A stretch of DNA of 64,000 bases, taken from the NCBI GenBank assembly GCA_009103225.1, contig RHPI01002910.1:129123-193122 (forward strand). The letters are read 5' to 3'. A program made the position numbers and the translations under genes. Positions 26,521 to 36,650 of the stretch are shown here, piece by piece; the first letter of the stretch is position 1, and each line of letters starts with the position of its first letter. The notes under the pieces are model-generated. The model made no database searches. It was not told the DNA's origin and was given only the letters and a program-made list of their open reading frames with translations. Origin of the DNA: Chlorokybus atmophyticus (taxonomy: Eukaryota; Plantae; Mesostigma and Chlorokybus algae).

Positions 26521-28512
26521 ATGTGGAGGCGTAGTGGTGATATGGAGCGGAAGGGCGAGCTTCGAATGGACAGTGCGGCGGCAGCGGTGGTGGATGATGA
26601 AGAGGCCATGATGCTGAGCCTGCCTGGCTCTACGAGCGCCCTCCGCCACCGCCACATGCACAACAACAACCGACGCAGCCCCGCCGCTGCTGCTGCCTGC
26701 GACACCCCTGCTGCGCCTTACATCAATTGGGAGAGCATACAGGTGCATGGGGATGCATTGTGCTTTCTTAAGTTGTGACACACAACAACGCATACACAGG
26801 CCAGCTGATCTGCAAACAGCTTAACCAATGTATCTCTGCTCGTGCAGTATTTGCCTAGGAGTCACCACCACAATCAGGGCGCAGAAGCTGATGCACTGTC
26901 TGAAGCATCGGAATTCCCTGCAGCTGCATCGCACTCGAGATTTCGTCCAGTTTCTCCTCCTAAACGACAAGGTACCAGGCATGCATGCCAACAGTTACAC
27001 ACGTGCACACCCTTGCGAGCGTACACACCCGCATGCTGGTGCGCACGTACCCTCCCATGCATACAAGGACACGTGCAGGCACGCACATACACTCACGCTC
27101 GATCGAGTGCACTCCTCGTTGATGCATGCACACATGTGTGCACGCCCTTGCGCGTACACACACGCACATGCATGCGCCCAAGCAAACACACAAGGCCAAC
27201 CTGTGTCTGTACTGTAGCACTCAGGGAGCACAACGCCACTGTGGCAGACAGCTGGCGCCCCGCGCACGGACACAACAAGCTATGCATTACGATCCCAACA
27301 AGTCCCGTTCGAACGCCGCCCCACACTCCAACAACAACTCCACCACCCACAACGACCATCACAACCGTCAGCCCACGCACGCCGGCACCCAAAAGACGCG
27401 GCGCGAGCATACGTGTCACAACTCCCAGCGCTGTCGCTGATAGGGTGAGGATGCATATGTGGGGTGTGTGGGTGAGTTAGTCGAAAAGGTACTCATGAGT
27501 CTTTTTGTTGCAGAAGCGAAGGAGTCACATGAATGATCGGTTTGACTGCTTGCGAGTGCTCGTGCAAGGCGATACGGTAAGACTCACGCAATGTTGGTTT
27601 GCCAACAGTATGTCTATGCCATCTATCATGCAATGTTGCTCAACTACACTCACTGTAAACAGGTCTCATCCTCCTCTCTTTCAAAGGCAGACGTGCTCGA
27701 CGCGGCGATTAAACACGTGAAGCAGCTGCAAGCCCTGTGCGAGGTGAGTGTGGCAAAGATAGTGTTGACAATCACACATGCCAACATACAACTTGACATA
27801 TGTTGGGTGGTCACAGAGAAGGGATGCCCTTGAAAGTGGTGACGACAGCAAGGACGTCGCCGACCTAAGCGGCGTGTCCGTGCACACGCGTGACGGTATG
27901 GACGGCGCTGTCACGGTCATGGCCGAGCTGCGCTGCCCTAACCGATGCGCGCTGCTGCCGGAGATACTCCACCGATGCGACCAGCTCTCCCTGCAGGTGC
28001 ACTAGGATACAAGTACACAACTCATTCGCATGCACGCGCACACAGTCACACACAAGTAGATAGACACACACGCACAAGTGCGCTTGTGCGCTCCGCGTGT
28101 GGCACACTCACACGCGCGCATGCTCTGATCTGTTGAGCTCCACAACAACTGTTCAGCTGAGACACACAGTCACACACCACAACCCCAACCCAAGCACATG
28201 TTCCTTCACTCATCCCCACCAACACCCACCCCACCCCACCCCAACCCACAGGTCCTTCACGGCACGGCGTGGGTGGACGGCCCCACTCTCCACGCCCGCC
28301 TGCGCATGAAGTGCGGGTCGAGTCGCCGCGTGTCCGCGGGGCAGGTGCGTCGCGTGTTGCTGGCGGCCATCCACAGCGTCGACGACCACAACGACCACAA
28401 CGTCGATGCGGATGATGGAGACAGCAGCAAGCAGAGCGCCGTGTCGGTGCTGAGCGCGTGCGCGACGTCGCTGAGACATGCCAAACTGTCGGCCTCGCCT
28501 CCTTGCGCGTGA
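26521..28512 (+). CDS. bHLH transcription factor with C-terminal ACT-like domain, about 7 exons
   Basis: Spliced PSAVADR|KRRSHMNDRFDCLRVLVQGDT|VSSSSLSKADVLDAAIKHVKQLQALCE (helix-loop-helix), followed by ELRCPNRCALLPEILHRCDQLSLQ|VLHGTAWVDG (ACT-like); TGA ends at 28512. Confidence 0.85.
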
Positions 28513-29140
28513 CTGGGCTTCACCCTCTCACTGCACTAAACTGTTAGTCATCTAGATATATACAATTGCACACTGTCCGGCAGCACGCGCTGTCATCACG
28601 ACACGACACCCACACCGCACCATCACTCGTACTGCACATTAATTAGTGAGCCTGTGTATAAGTATCACTGCGTACAAGTGTACTACTCGCTCATGGGGCG
28701 ATGGGGGTACACCATGCTAGGTGTTTGGCCCAAACTGAAGTATCATAGTATCAGGCAAGGTATGCGAGGTGTTGGCTGTAACCAAAAATTACAGTGTACA
28801 GAATATGCATGTGATATATGCAACATGCACGTCACATGCATAGACACTTAACCACACTCACCTCTATCACGACCGTGTGTACCTAAGTTAGCCCACATGT
28901 GTAAGCGCAACAATACTATTGAAACCTTGACATCCTTTGCGAATACATGTTGCAAGCATTGCCCTCCTGCTTCCTTATGGTTTCGGTGCACACAAGCTCT
29001 CATGTTTGTCTACATGCAACCGAACTACAACATGGCAAGTATTTCTAAACACTCATGCCTAACACTGGAGAAGTACAAAGAATTCGTACCTTCAGCAATT
29101 TCAGCAAACTTCTGGAAACCAATTGCTTCTAACTACTAAG

Positions 29141-30635
29141 CTACTGCGTGCGGTCCCTCGACATATCAACAGTTGACGGGACATTTATTGCAACCTCATC
29201 CACGCGAGTTGCGCCACCAACATCACCCGCATCCTCCGACAATATGTCGGGGTAGTCCGTTCCCGTGCCACATGTGCCGGGTCTCTCCCCTAGGCATCTT
29301 CCCGGTTTGAGGCACGGTAGCATCGAGTACACGTTGAGCTTCATCCTCATGCGGAAGCGGGCAAACTGCTCCGCGTGGTCCCGCGTGCCCGCGGCGATCA
29401 CATACGAGGCGACGTGTGTCTTGGGTAGAGCGGGGTTGAGGTCCTTCTCGCCCATGAGGTGGTTCGCCGTGTTGAGGTACAACACCGGTCGCATGGTGAG
29501 GGTGCTAGGAGAAGGGAGCCACTTGTCCCACACGTCGTGAGTGAGGTCCACCTTGTAGTGGTACACCAACGAGAACCACCACAGGCAGTCCCCTTTGGCT
29601 CCTTGGGAAAACGTCTGCGCAGCGCCGACAACACATTTGTGAAAAAAACTGCATGCACACACGCTCACAACAAAAACACACACACCTGCCCATGCACACA
29701 CAAGACACTTGCCACACAATTGCAGAAGTCTGCGCAATGACAGAAACGCAGGCATACTCTGAGATACACACGTACGCATAACGCTGAACAAAACACATGC
29801 GTGTTTGCCCATGTGTAAGCATATGCCCACGCACACGCGTCCAACACGCAAACACACACACTCCTGACCCTCCTTGCACACAAAGCCTCTTGTCCCAGTC
29901 AGCACACCTGTTTGCCGCAATGGTCATTCGTGCGTATGCTCTTCCACCCGACCTCGCCCTCCGCGGCATGGAGGTTGACTCCCCTGATGGTGAGGTAGTT
30001 GAGGTCTGCGGTGCGACCCCACACGTATCGGTTGAACGTGCGGTACCAGAACGTGGCAAAGTGGTTGTGGCGGTTCGGATTGGTGCGCTGGAAGTTGCCC
30101 TCGCCCTGGACAACAAACAAACACAACTAAGCAGGGATGTGGCTTGAACAACAACCATGTCAATACTACTCAACATACAGTATACTCATGTTGTAGTAAC
30201 AACAACTACTGGTCAGTTTTACTTTTTGTTTTCAAGTACACTCATGTTACTGCACTACACAAAATGCGTAGTGAGTAACATCAGCTTACGGCAACACCCT
30301 TGTAACTGCATTGCTTCCACAGCTTGCTATACACATAGCAGTACTTTGACTTGAAATGCGTTACATACATGTAATCAACTGCAACCACACAATCAACAGC
30401 GCCAACGCGTAGCTTCTCACACCCAGCTTGACACAGCTGTCGGTCTCACCTCAAACACAATGACCATCTTGCACATCGTTTCCCCCTGGGCGTCCGGGTC
30501 CTCCTCGAAGGACGCGAACACCCTCGCGAGCGCGTAGCCGCACTTGATGTCGATGGAGCACTGGACGAACACGGGCGCGAAACGACGGAGCCATACGACC
30601 TCGGCGTCGGTGAAGCGCGGGGAGGGCGGGGCCAT
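29141..30635 (-). CDS. Unrecognised Trp/Tyr/His-rich protein, 3 coding exons
   Basis: ATG 30635; exons about 30635-30450, 30107-29907 and 29614-29141 join in frame at GT-AG sites (MAPPSPRFTDAEVVWLRRFAPVF...YVWGRTADLNYLTIRG...RPVLYLNTANHLMGEKDLNP). GC-rich, codon-like composition. Confidence 0.7.
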
Positions 30636-31608
30636 ACAACCCTGGAGGTGCGGGACTCAATACTCTGTGTGTGTGCGCATGTGCGTACGCGTTCTTGTTT
30701 GTGCGTCAGGTATGTGCATGTGGTTGGTTGGGTGCATGCGTATGTTCTCAATCGCCAATGAAGAACTCTACAACATGCTTGGATTGCACAACCCATGCGG
30801 TGCATAGTGTATATCTGCATGTTGAAAACCTCGCACTCAACTTGACAGCAATACATACCACACATGCATAGCCGCAACAACCACTATCGAACTCTGCACT
30901 GTCTGGTGCTGTGCACTCTTTGAGAATGCACTGCTATGCTGCCTGAACCCATCAGCATCACCATACATCCACGCACGCAAAGTGAGTCAACGGGCGAAAC
31001 ATGCGAGGGGCGGACAACGTGGCAAAATGCGACTAGTACTACTTTATGTTTATGTCTTATTCAGTTTATTTCCTAATCAGTTCAACGTTGCCTCTGGAAT
31101 GCGGACAGCGTGTGTCACAATTTGCGGTAGGGCCAACGCAACCAACTTACACCTTGTTCACGCAATACGAGCAGCAACTGACATGCGTCACAAGCAGCAT
31201 GCGGGGACAGATCAAGTATTACCCAGAGCTCACCTGCGAAGGAAGTGGTTGATACCGCAGCTCCCCGGCGCTCGCCAGCTCTTCTCCCCACCACCGCTCG
31301 CAGGCTACATCATTCCCCCTGCCTCGCAACACAGTCGGTCGCACAGAGGCCGCTCGAGACACACTGCCTTTCAGCGGAATATAGCAATAGAGCTACGCCA
31401 GCTGGCAGCTGGCTTATAGCGGATGCTCTTGGCCTTCCGCCCTCTGTTTCAGCCACCAGCTCCTTCTCAGCAGCAAACCATCAACTCTCTCGCTGCATCC
31501 TCAGCCCTTCTGCCGCTCCAACCCAGGTTTCAAGGCTGACTGTACTGCTAGCCCTAGGCCTTGCAGTCCTTCTCCTCCCGCTCCTGCCCCTCCTCCTCCT
31601 CCTCCTCT

Positions 31609-31639
<31 letters not shown>

Positions 31640-31856
31640 CCTGCTGCGCCCCTTGCCCGATCTCGCAAGGAATTTATCAACTACTTGGTAACACTGGGTC
31701 ACGGTGGATACAGGGACCCTGAACTACATGAATCCCTTGCTGGTCAACTCCTCTCTGTTTTCATTCGCGGCCAGCGAGTGAAACAAGGGAGCTCGGTTAG
31801 CAGTGGTGCTGAATCCCTGCTAAGCTTAATGTGCTGGCCTGGCTATATCTGCACTC

Positions 31857-31883
31857 GGGCGGGCGGGCGGGCGGGCGGGCGGG
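31857..31883 (+). repeat. (GGGC)6GGG G-quadruplex-type tract upstream of the ABC locus
   Basis: gggcgggcgggcgggcgggcgggcggg. Confidence 0.85.
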
Positions 31884-32272
31884 TGAAGGCGGCGCTGGGG
31901 TTGAGGTGGGTCAAGGGATGTGCTGCAATCTTCCAATCCTCATGCCATGCGTCACTGCCGTCGTCATGTGCATGGGGGTCAATTGCGTGAGCGTGTACGC
32001 ATGCTCCCGACCGCTTGGGGTTCTTTTTGTTGGTGCTTCAATTGTGTATGGAGCTTGCATAGATGTACTGTGGAGAAGAGGCCGTTGGCTGCAAATCACA
32101 TCCGGTTGCGGCAACCGCTCAGTGCTAAGTCAGGGTTTCGTGAGGCGTTGGCTCATGAACAATCAATGCAACATGCAGCTTGCCGTCCCAATGTCTTGCC
32201 GCTGATAGTGACCTGTGATCTCCAGTTGGTGTGGATGCACTTTTGTTCGAGTTGCTGCGTGCATGGCAAGCT

Positions 32273-33667
32273 ATGACGCTTGTGCTCAGTGGCCTTTGCA
32301 AAAGCGTGCCGCTGTCCACCAGCACTAAGAGCAGCCAAACCAACCTCCAGCAAGTGCACAGCGACTGGGAGGTAAGCCGCCGCCGGGATTGCATAACAGA
32401 TTGCAGTGCAGTTTGATACATTACTTATTACTGTTTTTGCTACATGCGCCAGCTTTTTGCCATCACTCTTTTGAGCTAAGGCTCTTGCGTACGGGGACAA
32501 TGCTCATCCGATCTTTCTTGTCACATCTGCAGCATGTCTTCACTCATCAGTCATACATATAGACATAGAGCGCAATGAGCATGCCATTGTAGCCTAAGTA
32601 ATGAGGGTGTGGTGCATGCCAGTATCCAGCTTTGTCTTGCTCTGAGCCTAGGCTGTTAAGTTTGGTTGCAATGGAGCTTCTTGTAATGGCTTCAAGGCTG
32701 CAGCACTGTTTGCAGTCAGGCTAAACTTCTGCATCAACATACTTCGCTTTTAGGACTCGGAGCATCCTGGGCAGCGGAGCATTTTCAAGGCCCTTGACCT
32801 GACTGTCGCCTCGGGCGCCCGCTGCGTGGTGACGGGGCCGTCCGGCTGCGGGAAGAGCACCCTGCTGCGCGCCATCGCCCTGCTCGACCCTCTCGACGGC
32901 GGACAACTGAGCCTGAACAACTTGACTGTTGAAGAATTGGGCGTGTGCGAGTGGCGCAAACAGGTGTGTGTTACTGTATCTCTTTCAAAGCAGTGAAACA
33001 GTGTAACGTATTTATGCATTGTTACACTGTTGCATGTAACATTGTAAACAATGAGACAGTGGTTATACTATTATGGAACCATGTAATATGTTCCAACACT
33101 GTACATAAGAATGTTTTGCTTGGGCATACACGACTGATGATTTGATCTTTGGTGTTTTGGGTTTCCAGGTTGCATACGTGCCGCAGCGTGCACCGATCAG
33201 TCCCGGCGGGTCCAAATCGCCCGCAGAGCTTGCGTTGGTTGTTGAAGGGTTGCAGATCAACAAGCGTGACGGCCGCCTTTCGGTACATGCTGTTGCATGT
33301 AACTATGTCCTGCTTGTAGCTATGTCACTAGGCTTACGGTCCTCTTCTCTCAATGCAGCCGCAGGCCGGTTTGTTGTTGGCCGCCCAGCGCGTCGCGTCT
33401 GCGTGGGGCATCGACGAGGACACGTTCGCTCGTCCGTGGGACCAGTTGAGCGGCGGCGAGTCTCAGCGTTGCGCCCTCGCGGTCGCGGTTGCCACCCGTC
33501 CGGCGGTGCTGCTGCTGGACGAGCCCACGTCCGCCCTGGACGAAACCACCTGCCTGGCCGTCGAACACACGATCGTCTCGTCGGGATTCACCGTCGTGTG
33601 GGTCACCCACAGCCACGCACAGGCCCAACGCGTGGCCACGCAATACCTGGAACTCCCTCAGAAGTAG
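32273..33667 (+). CDS. Stand-alone ABC transporter ATP-binding subunit, FetA/YbbL/STAR1 type (ORF1 of a bicistronic locus), 243 aa
   Basis: Exons 32273-32371, 32754-32963, 33169-33282 and 33359-33667, all phase 0. Walker A TGPSGCGKSTLLR, Q-loop VAYVPQ, signature LSGGESQR, Walker B/D-loop LLLDEPTSALD, H-loop WVTHS; TAG 33665-33667. Confidence 0.9.
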
Positions 33668-33685
33668 AGTATTGTCCTCTCAGTC

Positions 33686-35694
33686 ATGGTTTCGTTTCAA
33701 GATGATCCAAGCGCTCAAGACAGCGGGCCCAACCTGTCTTTCACCGCCACGGTGCTCACGGGTTTGGTGATGGTGTTTGTCGGTGCTGTCACGCGGTACT
33801 TGCGTTTGGACCTCGAGAAGAAGATTGCCGTCGCATCGGTGCGATCCATCCTGCAGCTGACGGTGCTGGGCTACGTGCTCACACCCATCTTCACAGCCAA
33901 CAACCTCTACTTGGTGCTGGCGCTGACGGTGTTCATGCTTCTTGTTGCTGCAACGGAAGCACAGGTACTACTTGCTAGTGGTCGGCATCATGCAACATCA
34001 TTGCCATTATGCTCCTTGCACATGTGTCGCTGCTTATTAATGTTTCTCACATCATGTCATCATAGAGTTTCTACCATGTATAATAAGCTGTTGCTTCAGC
34101 ACAGCCATGCTTGCGCTCTTATTCTCTCGTTGCTAGCAACGCATTTTCGACCAGTATGTAAAACGTTTGTTGAGCAACTGAAGTTACTGTGCAACATGTG
34201 CGGATTGCTAACTTGGTGCGAGTTTTGTGCTGGCTGTTTCAAAGTGTTTGTTGTGTTGTTATGCAGGCCCAGCTACAGTACAGTTACCGCGGCATGTACA
34301 CCGACACCCTCTTTGCAATGGCTAGCGGGGTTGGTGTGAGTTGCGCCATTGGCATCTTCCTGATTGTGCGTCCTCGGCCCTGGTGGCACCCCAACACGTC
34401 CGTCCCGCTGTGGGGGATGATCCTCGGCAACGCGCTCACCGCCGTCGCGCTGGGACTAGGAACCACCATGAACACGCTGGGAAACAGAGCGGAGCGAGAC
34501 AACATCGAGTACATGCTAGCAAGAGGCGCACGTAAGTGATGAAAGGCTATCAGCTGGATTGCCACATCAGCTGATGCGCAATTACATGACGCATTGTCCT
34601 TGGTCTTCCTTTTGTATTGTGCAATCTTTTATTGGTAAGAGCTCGCGTATTGGCGTATACTATTGTTGCAAGTGTAGTGTTGAGATTAGATGAAACCATG
34701 TATGTCTATGTTTATGTTCACTTGCAGCATAGGACTGGAGTGATGTGCTGCAATGCTGGCTTGCAGGTTTGTGGGAGGCTTGTTTGCCTATCGCAAAGGC
34801 GGCCGTGCTTCGCGGTCTCACCCCAACCCTCAACAGCATGTCCGTCATCGGCCTTGTGGCTATCCCTGGCATGATGACGGGGCAGATTCTCGGCGGGGCC
34901 TCACCCATGCAGGTAAGGAATGCACCATGACACTAGGCACCTGTGGACATGGCACTCCTCCAAGCGTCCACATTGTGACACATGCTGTGCAATGCTCGCT
35001 TGCAGGCAGCTCGGTACCAGATCGTTATCATGTTCCTGCTCGCCTGCAGCGCAACTACTGTTGTCATCACCTCTGTTCTGCTCACACTACAGGTACAGAG
35101 GAAAACACCCCACTTTTCAGGCTTCAGTCGTCACAATTCAGTTGTCACAGTCCATACACCGTCGCATGCATCTGCTGGCCATCTTGGCATGTACCCCTGC
35201 ATCATCAGTCCATTTTCACAACATGCATCTCTTGCTATGTGTTTTGTACATGACCCTCACTCACTGCATGGACACAGCACTCTCAAAGCAACGCTTTGCC
35301 AACAACGCGGTGCTGTTTCAATTGCAACAACGTATTGTGCAAAGTCCCTCACAGTGTGTCTATTAGTAGCAGTGTGGATGCACCTACACCTTGTTGCACA
35401 GTCCATTGCAGATGTCATTGTCCAAACACCAGGCTCAATCGCTCCCCTTACACCGTCTGACCTTGCCAGGCCTTGACGGACAACATGCAGCGGCTGCGTC
35501 CTGAGCGTCTGACTCCCAAGCCGAAGGGCTCCGACGTAGTGATGCGTCTGCTGGCCGCCATCTGGCAGCTGCTCACCCTTGTGGGCCGATGCCTATCATG
35601 GCCGTGCCGATACTGCGTCGACCGCGTCAGGAAGCGGCAGGATCCGCACCACTTCAGTGCCGTGCCCGTCGAGGAAGCGGAGGAGACGGCTTAG
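33686..35694 (+). CDS. UPF0014 family ABC permease, FetB/YbbM/STAR2-ALS3 type (ORF2 of a bicistronic locus)
   Basis: ATG 33686; exons 33686-33964, about 34267-34531, 34769-34912, 35007-35091 and 35471-35694. Motifs LDLEKKIAVASVRSILQLTVLGYVL, PLWGMILGNA and GLVAIPGMMTGQILGGASPMQAARYQIVIMF; TAG 35692-35694. Confidence 0.92.
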
Positions 35695-36107
35695 AACTGT
35701 GAGGGTCCGTTGACTTGTGTGGGGGTGAAGCCGAACCAGCGGACCGCGTACGCCACATCCCACCCAAGTATGAAATGAACAACCAGTTAGCAGAAGAAGA
35801 CAAGCAGAGAAGGAGCAGTTCAGACTGATGCACAGGCAGTGTTTTTGGTTTTGAGGTGTTGGTTGGGGGATGAGAGTCAGATTTGGTATATACCTTTGTG
35901 CGGTTGTGAAGGGCAGTAGTAGTACTAGACTGGTGTGTGCAAATTGAGGTACGAAGATTGTGTTTTTCCCAGCACCTTCTGGCAGCCTTGATTGTAAAAA
36001 CGAAATTTTCTTATAGAGCAGCCACGCAGATATTGGTCCACTTTAGCGACTCTGAACAGGTCGATTACTAATCAGTTTACCTGGCTGGAGCACTATGGTT
36101 CACACTG

Positions 36108-36286
36108 CAGGCGTCACGCGATTGTAGTGCACAATGGGAGGCAATTGTGCACTACAATCGCCATACACTGTGGTGATGTATGGCGATTGTTAACCCAGGC
36201 GTCTCGCGAATGTAGTGCACAATGGGAGGCAATTGTGCACTACAATCGCCATACATTGTGGTGTGATGTATGGCGATTGTTAACCC
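36108..36286. repeat. Two tandem ~88-bp units, each with two overlapping inverted repeats
   Basis: Units start at 36108 and 36196 (CAGGCGTC...). Stem A GCGATTGTAGTGCACAAT/ATTGTGCACTACAATCGC (18 bp); stem B ACAATCGCCATACA/TGTATGGCGATTGT (14 bp). Confidence 0.92.
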
Positions 36287-36288
36287 AA

Positions 36289-36358
36289 ACTCAGAAACAA
36301 CAATGTCCTTTGCAGCAACACTGCAGTGTTGCTGCAAACGACATTGTTGTTCCTGAGT
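36289..36358. repeat. 70-bp near-perfect palindrome
   Basis: ACTCAGAAACAACAATGTCCTTTGCAGCAACACTG|CAGTGTTGCTGCAAACGACATTGTTGTTCCTGAGT, 33 of 35 pairs, no loop. Confidence 0.95.
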
Positions 36359-36650
36359 GTGAAGTCATATTCTACAGACCATCGTCACTCAACCCAATCA
36401 AAGAGCCACCAAGCGCATAGCATAGCGCACTTGGTCTGTCTACCGACAAACCAAGTCCTCTCAACCTTGCAAACACTGAGGCAACAATCAAATTGCAGGG
36501 AACAACTGATACCACCAGATGTATCTATACCCTTTCCCTTTCCACCGTCAGTACGACTGTTCAATGCAACCAATCAATCAGCGTTTACAACCATCCAGTC
36601 AATGCATAACATCACCGACATACGACCGCCCTCATCGTCATTCAACACCC

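Noticed and set aside
31245-31691. 148-aa plus-strand ORF with a hydrophobic stretch upstream of the ABC locus
   Set aside because: No ATG start and low-complexity CCT/CCG repeats; the region reads better as the spliced 5' leader of the minus-strand orphan gene.
33665-33667. Genome-wide reassignment of TAG to a sense codon
   Set aside because: TAG terminates Tubby, the permease, CEP97-like and SGR at the expected positions, so the code looks standard.
33663-33702. Short intron removing the TAG to make a fused ABC protein
   Set aside because: The available donor (gtagag) joined to either nearby AG acceptor gives an out-of-frame product with an early stop, and the introns would be only about 20-38 nt.
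36108-36286. CRISPR-like repeat array
   Set aside because: Only two 88-bp units, nearly identical throughout, with no unique spacers and no cas genes; eukaryotic context.
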